In this document: positions 27,993 through 37,405 of the stretch, piece by piece | Layout of the letters: each line of letters begins with the position of its first letter | Position numbering within the stretch: the stretch's first letter is position 1 | DNA from: a virus | Taxonomy: Duplodnaviria; Caudoviricetes | Direction: 5' to 3' (one strand) | IMG/VR virus record: IMGVR_UViG_3300017782_000012 | Coordinates: 1-63,707 of that record | DNA length: 63,707 nucleotides | Notes under the pieces: generated by a model | Told to the model about the DNA's origin: nothing | Databases searched by the model: none | Seen by the model: only the letters and a program-made list of their open reading frames with translations | Position numbers and translations under genes: made by a program

Positions 27993-28967
27993 TCAAACCT
28001 CCTCTTCTTCAACCACCAGTTTGATTTCGCTTAAAAATGGGTAAGCATTCAATAAATCTTGGTGGTCAGCAAAACCTTCATCGTCCCAAGCCCACTCACT
28101 ATAGACTTCTTCTTCATCCCAAGCTAAAACTTCATTAGAAACCATTTTGCTAACAGGTTTTTTAGACCAAAACTTGCAGCTCCAGTAACGAGGAGTAGTC
28201 TTATCTTTTGCTGTATCACATTTATGTCTAGCTCTGAAGCTTCGGCGACGAGCTGGATCATCCCGCTTGATTTCCATGTTAGGATCACCAAACTTAACCA
28301 TGATAACATTACCAGTCTTGGGGCTTTTTACATAAACGCCATACTTCTTTTTGCCATCTTTTAGTCGAAAAGGCTTATTCAGAGTCTTTTTTTCTGCTTC
28401 TGTATACTCAAGATCTTCTGTCGAATCATCTTGTTCCCACTCGTTAGCTCCAGCTTTGACTAAATCAAGATGAGCAATGTCAAACTCGATATTAGCAAAA
28501 TCAATAAAAGCTTCACCTTCATTCTCAAGGTAATACTCTTCAGACCCTTTTGCTACATCTTGGTCAGCAGCGCGATAAGATTTTTTAACTTTCCCTCCCC
28601 TGACCATTTTAAGGAATGTATTTACACGAGCCATTGCCCACTGGCCTCTAGTCTTGCCGGGGCGATGACTAGAAGAAAATGCTCCAGCGCCACGACGATA
28701 AATCTTCTTAAGCTGACCTAAAGTAACTTTTTTAGAATGTTTATCATTATGTTCTTTGACTTTATTCTTTAAAGCTTTGATGACTTTTTCTGAGAAGGTG
28801 ATAGACCCGCCTTTTCCACCCGCAGAGCCACTTTTATTTTTGTCAGAACCTTTTTTCCGTTCAGAAGGTTTCGCTGGTGTTTGCGCTCCACTTTTGGGTC
28901 CACCACGTTTTGCGGCTTCACTTAATGCCAAAAGTTCTTTAATTTTCTTAGAAAAGTCCAACTCCAT
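27993..28967 (-). CDS. Two-domain basic phage protein (DUF5824-like plus DUF6321-like)
   Basis: YRRGAGAF...QWAMARVN domain and VKFGDP...RRSFRARHKC...RYWSC..W domain. Start moved to ATG 28967, which has AGTGTA 12 nt upstream. Confidence 0.7.
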   Translation of the reverse strand: MELDFSKKIKELLALSEAAKRGGPKSGAQTPAKPSERKKGSDKNKSGSAGGKGGSITFSEKVIKALKNKVKEHNDKHSKKVTLGQLKKIYRRGAGAFSSSHRPGKTRGQWAMARVNTFLKMVRGGKVKKSYRAADQDVAKGSEEYYLENEGEAFIDFANIEFDIAHLDLVKAGANEWEQDDSTEDLEYTEAEKKTLNKPFRLKDGKKKYGVYVKSPKTGNVIMVKFGDPNMEIKRDDPARRRSFRARHKCDTAKDKTTPRYWSCKFWSKKPVSKMVSNEVLAWDEEEVYSEWAWDDEGFADHQDLLNAYPFLSEIKLVVEEEEV

Positions 28968-28979
28968 TGTATTTTTCTT

Positions 28980-28985
28980 TACACT
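28980..28985 (-). promoter_or_regulatory. AGTGTA motif
   Basis: 12 nt before ATG 28967. Confidence 0.6.
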
Positions 28986-29005
28986 TATTTTAAATATAAA
29001 TGAAA

Positions 29006-30649
29006 TTAACCTTCGCAAGATTTACATTCCATCAAGGATCTGGAAAGTTCCTGACTAGGGTTAGCGCTCCTTTGATAGTATAAACCTTTCACGCCATTCT
29101 CCCAAGCGTAAATCATAAGCTGATTGACCTCTTTCATGGGGGATTTAGGAGCCACCATAATATTTAAAGATTGACCTTGGTCTAAATACTTCTGTCTTTG
29201 AGCGGCTTGGATAACCACCTCTTTCTGAGATATCTCTTCGAAAGTTTTAAAAATATCTTTATCTTTATCAGACATGAAGCTCAAATGTTGAACAGACCCT
29301 CCCGTCTTCAAGACGCTGAGCCAAACATCATCATTATCTTTCCCATACCCAGCCAAACACTCTTTTAAGTAAGGGTTTCTGTAAGTGAACTTACCTTTAG
29401 CTAAGTTTTTGACAAAATAATTAGAATTTAAAGGCTCAATAGAAGGGGATACTTGACCCAAAATAAATGAACTGCTCGTTGTAGGAGCTATAGCCAAAGT
29501 TGTTGTATTTCTACGGCCATAGTCTTTAGCGTATAAAGGACCACCAAGGAGTTTAAATAATTCTTCCGTAGCTTTATCGCTTTTGTTTCTAATTTCTTTG
29601 AATATAGAGCTATTAGCTAGTTTAGCCTCCATACTCTCAAACGAAATCTTTTTGCTTTGTAGGTATGAATGCCAACCAAGGACACCCATTCCCAACGCCC
29701 TATGACGTTTAGCAAAATTGTGAGAAGCCTCCATAAAGGGAAGGTCTTCAGTCTTTTCAATATATTCTTGCATGACAGCATCCAAAAACATTGTCAAAGT
29801 TTCTATCGCATCAGTTTTGATGATCTCATCCCAACGGACAAGATTCAGAGAAGACAAACAACAAACAAAAGACTCATCTTCTTTAGATGGTAAACTAATC
29901 TCATTGCAAAGATTGGAGGCGTATATCTCCATACCTTTATCTTTGTAGCAATCGGGAGCCTGATTATTAGCTGTATCTTTGAAGAATAGATATGGGTAGC
30001 CTGTCTCAAACCTTTTCTTGATTACAGAAGCCCAAACCTGACGTTTTTCTGGATCTCCACCAATCATAGATTTCATCCATTCATCTCCGACTGTCACCCC
30101 AAAAGACATTTCTTGGATAGGATTACCTTCGCTTCTGATCCTCAAGAACTCTTTAACATCAGGATGATCAATTGGTAAATAAGCAGCAAAAGAACCTCGA
30201 CGAACATTTCCTTGAGAAACTACAGCTGCCACTTTGTCAAAAAGCTCCATAAAATGGACTGCTCCAGAAGACTCTCCACCAGAATTAATCTTTGCCCCCC
30301 GCGCCCTTAGATCACCAAAATAAGCAGAAGTTCCAGAACCATGCTTCGTCTGCATCCCTACTTCACTTTGTTTGGATAAAATCCCATCCATTCTGTCAGG
30401 CACATAAACCCCATTACAGGATATAGGCAATCCCCTCTTTCTGCCGAAGTTTGACCACACTGGAGAAGCCAGAGAATAAAATCCCTGCTCCATATAAGAA
30501 ACAAACTTATCAGAGAAGCCTTCAATACCCAAATAACCTTGAGCTGTATTAGCTATGCCCCTTATTCTTTCTTCTGGAGTCTCACCTTTTAAGTAGCCCC
30601 TCTCAAGAAAAATTCTTGAGTCCTCATTTAGCCAATAATATTCAGTCAT
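29006..30649 (-). CDS. nrdA: Ribonucleotide reductase class I alpha subunit (short, no ATP cone evident)
   Basis: PISC, SQGNVRRG, SNLCNEI, VCCLSS, IAPTTSSS, GLYY, C-terminal CKSCEG. Confidence 0.93.
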   Translation of the reverse strand: MTEYYWLNEDSRIFLERGYLKGETPEERIRGIANTAQGYLGIEGFSDKFVSYMEQGFYSLASPVWSNFGRKRGLPISCNGVYVPDRMDGILSKQSEVGMQTKHGSGTSAYFGDLRARGAKINSGGESSGAVHFMELFDKVAAVVSQGNVRRGSFAAYLPIDHPDVKEFLRIRSEGNPIQEMSFGVTVGDEWMKSMIGGDPEKRQVWASVIKKRFETGYPYLFFKDTANNQAPDCYKDKGMEIYASNLCNEISLPSKEDESFVCCLSSLNLVRWDEIIKTDAIETLTMFLDAVMQEYIEKTEDLPFMEASHNFAKRHRALGMGVLGWHSYLQSKKISFESMEAKLANSSIFKEIRNKSDKATEELFKLLGGPLYAKDYGRRNTTTLAIAPTTSSSFILGQVSPSIEPLNSNYFVKNLAKGKFTYRNPYLKECLAGYGKDNDDVWLSVLKTGGSVQHLSFMSDKDKDIFKTFEEISQKEVVIQAAQRQKYLDQGQSLNIMVAPKSPMKEVNQLMIYAWENGVKGLYYQRSANPSQELSRSLMECKSCEG

Positions 30650-31620
30650 TAAAACAATTCTTCTGCGTTGAATGTCTGTGAATTCTTTGAGTATTCAACA
30701 GGTCTAGAGTAAAAGAAATCTGTAGCATTATTGCCAAGCAGTTCCTCTTCAAACCAGATCGTATCTTTCAGCAGATTCTTGTCAACATCGAAAGCTTGTC
30801 TAAAGCCTATTTTATCTAAAGAGTCATTGATCCTATTCTTGATAAACTCTTTAAGGACGACAGCATTTAATCCTTTCTGCCGAATACCGTTGATCATCCA
30901 ATCAACAATCTTGCTCTCTGCTTCAAAAGCTTGGCCAGCTTCGTGCAGAATTCTTTCCTCCAACTCATCATCAAAAAATTCAGGATGCTCTTCACGGATA
31001 GTGTTAATGATTTTCATTCCGACCAGAGCGTGAACATTCTCTTCATTGCGTGTATATTTCACTTGCTGGTCAGTATCTTTCAGAACGTTTTTATTGCGAG
31101 CAAACCAATTTATGACGTAAAACTGAGAAAACAGAGATACATTCTCTACAAAAAGAGTGAACAGTATCAAAGCATAAACATATTGCTTCTTGTTGTTCTT
31201 ATAAAACTTGTGCGTGTATTTACGTAGGTAATCAACCCGACCTTGGATGAAGTCTAATTTCAAGTTCTGCTCAAAAACCTCTTCTAGACCTAGAACCTCA
31301 AGAAGCCTCTCGTAAGCGTTATTGTGAATAACTTCTACATTAGCCATTACGAATCCAAGATCACTCAAAGATGGGTGGGGCAAGTTATCTCCCAACTTAC
31401 TCCAAAACTTCTTGACGGCTACTTCGATTTGTCCAATAGCCGAAAGAGTGCGAACAATAATCTCACGTTCTTGATCATCAAGGTTAACATTGAAGTCTTG
31501 GATATCCGACGAAAAACTGAATTCCTTATCGGTCCAAAATCCATTGTGCATTGCTTCGATGAAATCTCCTGCCCAAGAATAATGGTCAGGCTTACGTGAT
31601 ACTTGTTCTTCAAAAATCAT
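30649..31620 (-). CDS. nrdB: Ribonucleotide reductase class I beta subunit (start 31620, or an upstream in-frame ATG with GGAGG)
   Basis: FWTDKE, EVIHNNAY, VENVSLFSQF, EENVH, DFF. Confidence 0.92.
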   Translation of the reverse strand: MIFEEQVSRKPDHYSWAGDFIEAMHNGFWTDKEFSFSSDIQDFNVNLDDQEREIIVRTLSAIGQIEVAVKKFWSKLGDNLPHPSLSDLGFVMANVEVIHNNAYERLLEVLGLEEVFEQNLKLDFIQGRVDYLRKYTHKFYKNNKKQYVYALILFTLFVENVSLFSQFYVINWFARNKNVLKDTDQQVKYTRNEENVHALVGMKIINTIREEHPEFFDDELEERILHEAGQAFEAESKIVDWMINGIRQKGLNAVVLKEFIKNRINDSLDKIGFRQAFDVDKNLLKDTIWFEEELLGNNATDFFYSRPVEYSKNSQTFNAEELF

Positions 31621-31632
31621 AACAGAGAGAGT

Positions 31633-31638
31633 TACACT
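31633..31638 (-). promoter_or_regulatory. AGTGTA motif
   Basis: 12 nt before ATG 31620. Confidence 0.5.
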
Positions 31639-31689
31639 TATACTCATAATTCCTCCAACCTCAAGCGGAAATTTATTAATTTTTTTTTC

Positions 31690-31717
31690 TTGACACAACT
31701 CTAATTTTTCATATAAT
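31690..31717 (+). promoter_or_regulatory. Consensus sigma70 promoter
   Basis: TTGACA(31690-95)-16-TATAAT(31712-17). Confidence 0.75.
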
Positions 31718-31807
31718 ACCGTTAGACGAGAGAGAAGCCTGAGGTTTCGTTCCCTTTATAGAAAAGCCTCTGAAAGAGAAATCGAAATCATGTTTGATTA
31801 CGTTTAT

Positions 31808-31833
31808 ATTAATCATTATTAATAATGATTAAT
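31808..31833. repeat. Perfect 26-bp AT-rich palindrome
   Basis: ATTAATCATTATTAATAATGATTAAT equals its own reverse complement. Confidence 0.9.
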
Positions 31834-31875
31834 CAATATTAGTAATATCCGTTGTTTTAACTTAAAATCAGAAAT

Positions 31876-32445
31876 GTGCAAACGGATCAAGAACTAATAA
31901 ACAAGGTCAAAGAAGACCAAGACGATCAAAGTCTTATCGAAATAATCAACAGACATTCAGGAGTTTACCATAGTATGGTAGACAAATTTTTATCTGGGGA
32001 CTCAAATAATGCAGAAAGGAACACTCTATTGCAGGACAAGGAATTCACCATTTATAACTCTGTAATGAAATACGACTCTTCAAGAGGTGCTAAATTTCCG
32101 ACATACCTAGCTAACGAAGCTAAGTGGAAATGTTTAAATACCTTGACGAAGAAGAAAAAGTTTAGAGAATGTCCTATAGACGAGGTGACAAAAGAACCTC
32201 ACGATGATGATTATTTAGAAGTTAATCAAAAATCTGAGGTTTTTTCTTTATTTATCAATTTTGTAGAACAAGAAAAAGACCCCAGAATGAAAAAAATTAT
32301 TGACATTAGATACAATAGTTGCTCTAATAAGGTAACTCCTTGGAGAAAGGTAGCTCATTCACTAGGAATGAGCATTCAAGGAGTGATAAACATACACAAC
32401 CGTTGTTTATCAAAGTTCAAAAAACAATCAGAAGATTATGTATAA
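31876..32445 (+). CDS. Sigma-70 family RNA polymerase sigma factor
   Basis: Region 2 YDSSRGAKFPTYL; region 4 HTH TPWRKVAHSLGMSIQGVINIH; TAAAAT 7 nt before the GTG start. Confidence 0.82.
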   Translation: MQTDQELINKVKEDQDDQSLIEIINRHSGVYHSMVDKFLSGDSNNAERNTLLQDKEFTIYNSVMKYDSSRGAKFPTYLANEAKWKCLNTLTKKKKFRECPIDEVTKEPHDDDYLEVNQKSEVFSLFINFVEQEKDPRMKKIIDIRYNSCSNKVTPWRKVAHSLGMSIQGVINIHNRCLSKFKKQSEDYV

Positions 32446-32833
32446 CAATATTACATCAGTAGGGTATCTTGTAAAAGATCCAGAAACACGCCAGTTATCC
32501 GGCGGGAAGTCAGTAACTAAACTTCGCGTGGGTATTTCACCAAGTAATGCTAAAACAAAATGCTTCATTGATCTTGAGGTGTGGGATAAGCTTTCCGAAA
32601 TCGCCTCTAAGTACCTCACTAAAGGTCGAGAGTTTGTTTTTTCAGGAGAACTGGCGATGGATACTTGGACAAACAAGGAAACAGGGAAACCTCAATCTAA
32701 GTATTTCATTAGAGGAAACAGTATTCAGTTCTTGAATAGCGGAAAGAAGGAAGATTCTAGTAATACTTCTAACTCCACTTCTGCTGTTCCTGTAGCCGCA
32801 GGTGCAGGTGGAGATGATGAGCCTCCCTTTTAA
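32438..32833 (+). CDS. ssb: Single-stranded DNA-binding protein
   Basis: GYLVKDPE, EVWDKLSE...YLTKG, acidic tail DDEPPF. Confidence 0.92.
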   Translation: MYNNITSVGYLVKDPETRQLSGGKSVTKLRVGISPSNAKTKCFIDLEVWDKLSEIASKYLTKGREFVFSGELAMDTWTNKETGKPQSKYFIRGNSIQFLNSGKKEDSSNTSNSTSAVPVAAGAGGDDEPPF

Positions 32834-33906
32834 TGAAGATCTTAGTTGATGCCCCCATCAACTCTCTAAGCCTCGGTAATGTTTCTTATAACATTATCCG
32901 AGAGCTTTTTGAGAAAGGTCATGATGTAGGGATTTGGCCAACAGGGAAAGTTGATTTATCAGCTTACGATGTATCTGAAGAGCTGAAGGACAAAATTCTT
33001 CAATCTATTGATAATAGATACTCATTCCTGAAACCTGAGATACCAGTATTAAAAATATGGCATCTTAACGGGTCAGAGAATAGAAAAAACGAGAAACAAT
33101 ATCTTTTTTCCTTTTATGAGTGTAATAAACCTACGGACCAAGAAATAAAACTCTGTGAAGCTCAAACCGAAACGTTCTTCAGCTCTAAACATGCTTCTGA
33201 TCTGTTCAGCAGTAGCTTCTGCCCTTTGGGTTTCGACAAAGACTTCTACGAAACAAAAAAAGAGTACCTAAGTGGAATTACCCATTTTGGTTTAATGGGC
33301 AAGTTTGAACATAGAAAGCATACAGGTAAGATAATCAGAACTTGGTTAAAAACCTACGGTAATAATCCGAAATACCAGCTTTCATGTTTGATTAATAATC
33401 CTTTTTATAAACCTGAAGATATGCAGAAAACTATTGATGCTATCTTACAAGGGCAAAGATATACAAATGTTAATTTCCTTCCTCATTTAGAAAAAAACGA
33501 AGAAGTTAATGATTTTTTAAATGCAATTGATATTGACCTTACAGGATTGTCTGGAGCAGAAGGCTGGAACCTCCCTGCTTTTAACGCAACTTGCCTTGGC
33601 AAATGGAGCGTTGTTCTTAATGCCACATCTCATAAAGATTGGGCTAACGAGAATAACTGTATCATGGTGGAACCTTCAGGAGAAGTAGACTGTTACGATA
33701 ATGTCTTTTTCAAAGAAGGGTCACTCTTTAATCAAGGAACATTTTATAACTGGGAGGAAGAAGATGTTGTTGAGGCTATGAAACGAGCTGAAAGTAAGGT
33801 GGGACAAATTAACACAGAAGGACAAAAGTTGGCAGACAGGTTGACTTACTCTAATACTGTAGACGCTATTTTATACCGTATCTTCAAGGATTTTGACGTG
33901 GCATAA
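32833..33906 (+). CDS. Glycosyltransferase family 4
   Basis: GKFEHRK, SGAEGWNLPAFNATCLGK. Confidence 0.78.
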   Translation: MKILVDAPINSLSLGNVSYNIIRELFEKGHDVGIWPTGKVDLSAYDVSEELKDKILQSIDNRYSFLKPEIPVLKIWHLNGSENRKNEKQYLFSFYECNKPTDQEIKLCEAQTETFFSSKHASDLFSSSFCPLGFDKDFYETKKEYLSGITHFGLMGKFEHRKHTGKIIRTWLKTYGNNPKYQLSCLINNPFYKPEDMQKTIDAILQGQRYTNVNFLPHLEKNEEVNDFLNAIDIDLTGLSGAEGWNLPAFNATCLGKWSVVLNATSHKDWANENNCIMVEPSGEVDCYDNVFFKEGSLFNQGTFYNWEEEDVVEAMKRAESKVGQINTEGQKLADRLTYSNTVDAILYRIFKDFDVA

Positions 33907-33925
33907 ATCATGATAATAGTATTGT

Positions 33926-34240
33926 ATGATTAATACATTATTTGATAACTTGTTCGAAGACTATTCAGTCCAGCCTTATAACACCCTTAAAGACAAAGGT
34001 GATTATTATGAGCTAAGAGTCGAACTGCCGGGGGTTTCTAAAGAAGAGGTTTCAGTTGAAGTAACAGACGACCTGTTAAATATTGAAACCAAGTCTGAAG
34101 AATTAAAGAAAAAATTCTCTGTTAAATTAATGAAAAAAGTTTATACAGAAAATATTACTTGTCGAATGGAAAATGGTTTATTGCAACTAGAGCTTCCAAA
34201 AAAAGGAGCTTTAAAACCCTCTAAGATAAAGGTAAATTAA
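33926..34240 (+). CDS. Small heat-shock protein (Hsp20)
   Basis: ELPGVSKEEV, MENGLLQLELPK. Confidence 0.88.
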   Translation: MINTLFDNLFEDYSVQPYNTLKDKGDYYELRVELPGVSKEEVSVEVTDDLLNIETKSEELKKKFSVKLMKKVYTENITCRMENGLLQLELPKKGALKPSKIKVN

Positions 34241-34242
34241 CT

Positions 34243-34270
34243 AAACGGGGGTGGAAACGCCCCCGTTTTT
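34243..34270 (+). terminator. Intrinsic terminator
   Basis: AAACGGGGGTG-GAAA-CGCCCCCGTTTTT. Confidence 0.85.
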
Positions 34271-34273
34271 ATT

Positions 34274-34279
34274 TATAAT
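34274..34279 (+). promoter_or_regulatory. -10 element, leaderless geometry
   Basis: TATAAT-5-ATG(34285), immediately after a terminator. Confidence 0.5.
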
Positions 34280-34284
34280 CAAAT

Positions 34285-34668
34285 ATGCCTTTGTATACCT
34301 ACCGTCATCCAGATACAGGAGAAGAGAAAGATATTCTTCAATCAATGAATGATGAACATATCCATATCGATGAGTTTGGTCTTGAATGGAAAAGGGTTTT
34401 TAGTGTGCCTCACGCCTCTATCGATTCAAACATCGATCCTTTTAGTCAAAGACAATTTGCTGATAGTACAGGAGGAAAGAAAGGCACTTTTGGAGATATG
34501 TTTGACTACTCCAAAGAGATGAGTGAGAGGCGAGCTGAAAAAGCAGGAGGAGTTGATCCAGTCAAAAAGAAATACTTTGAGGATTACTCCAAAAAAACAG
34601 GAGGGAAGAAACACACGGCGCAAAGCAAAACTTACGAGAGTAAGAATGTTAAGGTTGATTATGATTAG
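34285..34668 (+). CDS. FmdB-like regulatory protein (zinc cysteines absent)
   Basis: MPLYTYR...E.LQSM...WKRVFS.P pattern. Confidence 0.6.
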   Translation: MPLYTYRHPDTGEEKDILQSMNDEHIHIDEFGLEWKRVFSVPHASIDSNIDPFSQRQFADSTGGKKGTFGDMFDYSKEMSERRAEKAGGVDPVKKKYFEDYSKKTGGKKHTAQSKTYESKNVKVDYD

Positions 34669-35354
34669 AGACCGAATCTAGATTTGGTGGCATTGTAGTT
34701 CTGGAGAACCTCTGCTACTGTTAAAGCTTTGTTGTATACATGAGCTGAAGAACCGTATGCATTAGTGGCGCTACCATGCGCCCCGTAAATTACAAAATTA
34801 GAATCAAACGAGTTTGTATTGCCTGATTTAGTCGTGCTACTAGCAGAAGACAAACTCGCATCTTTTATCATGTGAACTTTTGTTGTCGTACCATCATATG
34901 TACCTACGCAATAAATCCACTTATTGGTAACCATTGCTCCTGATATGCTAGCAGAAACGCAAGTAGAAGTGTCGTTATAAAAGTGCAAAGTGGAATTTGA
35001 CGCTACTAAACCTAGATTTTTAGAACAGCTATATTTCAGTGTACCTATGAGACCTTTCAGGCTTCCAAGGGCTTGTAAATTAACCCAAATTCCCATACTG
35101 ATATTAGTCTTGTTCTGTACCAAGCTTTTCGCTGTACTCCCTAAATCACATTTTTCATTTGTACCATCAAAAAGAAATATACCGCCATTATTTGAACTAA
35201 AAGTTGTTCCACCTCCTAATGTTCCGTTATTACTACCTATTCTATCTGCCCATATGCTACCACTTCCGGGATAAGATATTTTGTCAGAACTGTCCAAGGT
35301 TAAAACTAGCCCATTAGTAACAATATTCTTGCTGTTTTTTATTTTTAAACCCAT
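34665..35354 (-). CDS. LamG/concanavalin A-like domain virion protein
   Basis: IVTNGLVLTLD...SYPGSGSIW, FDGTN, WIYCVGTYDG, YNKALT..EV.QNYNATKSRFGL. Confidence 0.8.
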   Translation of the reverse strand: MGLKIKNSKNIVTNGLVLTLDSSDKISYPGSGSIWADRIGSNNGTLGGGTTFSSNNGGIFLFDGTNEKCDLGSTAKSLVQNKTNISMGIWVNLQALGSLKGLIGTLKYSCSKNLGLVASNSTLHFYNDTSTCVSASISGAMVTNKWIYCVGTYDGTTTKVHMIKDASLSSASSTTKSGNTNSFDSNFVIYGAHGSATNAYGSSAHVYNKALTVAEVLQNYNATKSRFGL

Positions 35355-35355
35355 T

Positions 35356-36444
35356 TTATTGATTTTTTATTTCTAAGCTAAAACTCAAAGAATAATTCAT
35401 TTGGTCATTAACATTCATTGAGTAAGACAAGTTTTCTAATCTTAAATCCTCAAATGAAAAAGTATTCTGATATTCTTCATTGGTATCTACAACTTGGATA
35501 TCAAAATTATAAGTTGATTCATTAGTTATTAAATTTGCAATCTCTCCTGTAGCAAAACCAGAAACCGCAAACTCTAAATTGACATCAGATTGTATAGGAT
35601 ATTGAACTTTACGGTTATAAGGATAATCACTGCCTAAACCAAACTGATCTACTCTATTAATTGGAATATTAAACGAAAATGATTGTAAATGCGCGTCCCC
35701 ACTAATAGGAGCGCCACCAATCTGTAAATTTTGCAATGTTACATTAACGCCTGTAGGACTACAAAGTGGAGGAGAGAATCTATTTACGTTACTATAATAA
35801 TCTAAACCAGAAATACCAGCGTCTTCTAGTTGAACAACACCAACATTGGTGTTATTACCTGACTGTAAATTGATTGCTGGATTTAAAGACTCATCAAATG
35901 GGCCTTTTTCCATCTTAATATTTGAGCATTTATAAGATGTAGACACTACTGGCATGGACCCTATTGAAAACCCTAAAGAATAACTCGTCAAAAAAGCGTT
36001 ACCGATAGAGATGACCTCCGAATTAGCAGTTAAATTCCCAACTTCTGAAGATTTATTTGTAACCATATCTGAACCTTGGTCTTCATGATTTATTATATAA
36101 AAATTTTGATCCTGATTAGTATAACCCTCAAAAAATCCCGTACCTTGGTAAGAAGGATTAGCATCTACCAAACCTAATAAACTTTCGTTTAGCATTGCTG
36201 GTGTGTAATAATAACTAATAGACAAATCAACATCTGGCATTCTAGTAATATCATTAATAGATAAATTTTGAGAACTAAGCTGTTTTGATTTCTGCCTTTG
36301 CTGAGAAAAACCAACAGACACACTCTGAACGGTACTCATATAAGCTCCACTCATGGCGTCCCCAACCCTATCACTAGTGGAAAACGCTGGTCTTTGCCCA
36401 GCAATCACAAGCGAATTATTACTTTTTAAAATATCTCTAGCCAT
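35356..36444 (-). CDS. Tail-tube-like protein (paralog of 49053-50180)
   Basis: Shares VQS, P.V.L...YY, VI.(F/I)GNAFL..YS....G..P..S.S..C.N and IP..R....LG...P..R motifs with 49053-50180. Confidence 0.7.
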   Translation of the reverse strand: MARDILKSNNSLVIAGQRPAFSTSDRVGDAMSGAYMSTVQSVSVGFSQQRQKSKQLSSQNLSINDITRMPDVDLSISYYYTPAMLNESLLGLVDANPSYQGTGFFEGYTNQDQNFYIINHEDQGSDMVTNKSSEVGNLTANSEVISIGNAFLTSYSLGFSIGSMPVVSTSYKCSNIKMEKGPFDESLNPAINLQSGNNTNVGVVQLEDAGISGLDYYSNVNRFSPPLCSPTGVNVTLQNLQIGGAPISGDAHLQSFSFNIPINRVDQFGLGSDYPYNRKVQYPIQSDVNLEFAVSGFATGEIANLITNESTYNFDIQVVDTNEEYQNTFSFEDLRLENLSYSMNVNDQMNYSLSFSLEIKNQ

Positions 36445-36445
36445 A

Positions 36446-37405
36446 TTAAGTTCCTGTTGGGATTACACCTAAAACATCTTCAACTAAAGTTAAAGATAGA
36501 TCATTTGAGTTTTTATATTTCCAAGTATGATCCCATTCTGGGCAGTACATAACTTTGGGTCTATTATATACAGATGGTATCTGATGTCTGAATCTTCTAT
36601 AACCCGCTTTATTCTCTAAAAAGTGTAACATGCATTTTAATTGCTTATCACTAATGTTGTTAAATTCATAAGAAACGGGGAATGATGCATTATTATCTTT
36701 TGTTTTTATTCTTTTTGTAAAAGAGTTTTTAAATTCGATCTTTTCGTTTTTCAATTGAACTTCATTTTGTAACCCTATGTCAGGCTTAAAGAAGAAGTCT
36801 TGAGACCAAGCTGAAGAAGCTCCTGTAGGAGAATTAGCGGCAGAAGAAGTATGGTCTCCTGAGCAATAGTAAAAGTTGTTTAATTTGTTTGTATTGACCC
36901 CTGTATATACCACATCATACTTTTTATAATTATTTGAATATGCGAAACTTTGAAAAGATAAATTAGTAAAATTCATTCCAGACCAATTAAATAAACTAGG
37001 AGATTGGTCTACAGTGTATTTTACAGCGACTTCATAATGTTGATTATTAATATGATTAATTCCGTAACTGTCAGAAATACCAGATAACGATTTATATATC
37101 CCGCTGTTATCTATATTGAATTCAAAAAGCGTATCTCCATTTTTGCTTTCTATAAATGCCGCTATTTTTCTAGCGTTAGTTTCATTTACGTCATACCTAA
37201 CTTGATATTCAGCTTCTAAATTGTTTAGAGAAGATGGGATTATGTTTGTTTGAAAATCATCTACTTCGTAAGTAAACGATTTTGATCTAAACGAAACTTT
37301 TGACCCATATACAGGGGTTAAACTAAGACCTGAGTAATCAGTTTCTACTGTTACTCCAGAAATATTAGAATCTCTATTATAAAACAAATCAGAAGCCATG
37401 ACCAA
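36446..37405 (-). CDS. Minor tail/distal-tail-like protein with two repeated domains
   Basis: Two halves ending IAAFIESKNG and MLHFLENKAG; downstream of the TMP. Confidence 0.6.
   Translation of the reverse strand: MVMASDLFYNRDSNISGVTVETDYSGLSLTPVYGSKVSFRSKSFTYEVDDFQTNIIPSSLNNLEAEYQVRYDVNETNARKIAAFIESKNGDTLFEFNIDNSGIYKSLSGISDSYGINHINNQHYEVAVKYTVDQSPSLFNWSGMNFTNLSFQSFAYSNNYKKYDVVYTGVNTNKLNNFYYCSGDHTSSAANSPTGASSAWSQDFFFKPDIGLQNEVQLKNEKIEFKNSFTKRIKTKDNNASFPVSYEFNNISDKQLKCMLHFLENKAGYRRFRHQIPSVYNRPKVMYCPEWDHTWKYKNSNDLSLTLVEDVLGVIPTGT

Noticed and set aside
28968-29018. ORF-track N-terminal extensions (also 7496-7519, 24733-24789, 46806-46829, 54407-54520)
   Set aside because: They overlap upstream genes, terminators or promoter motifs; downstream ATGs fit coupling and motif spacing better
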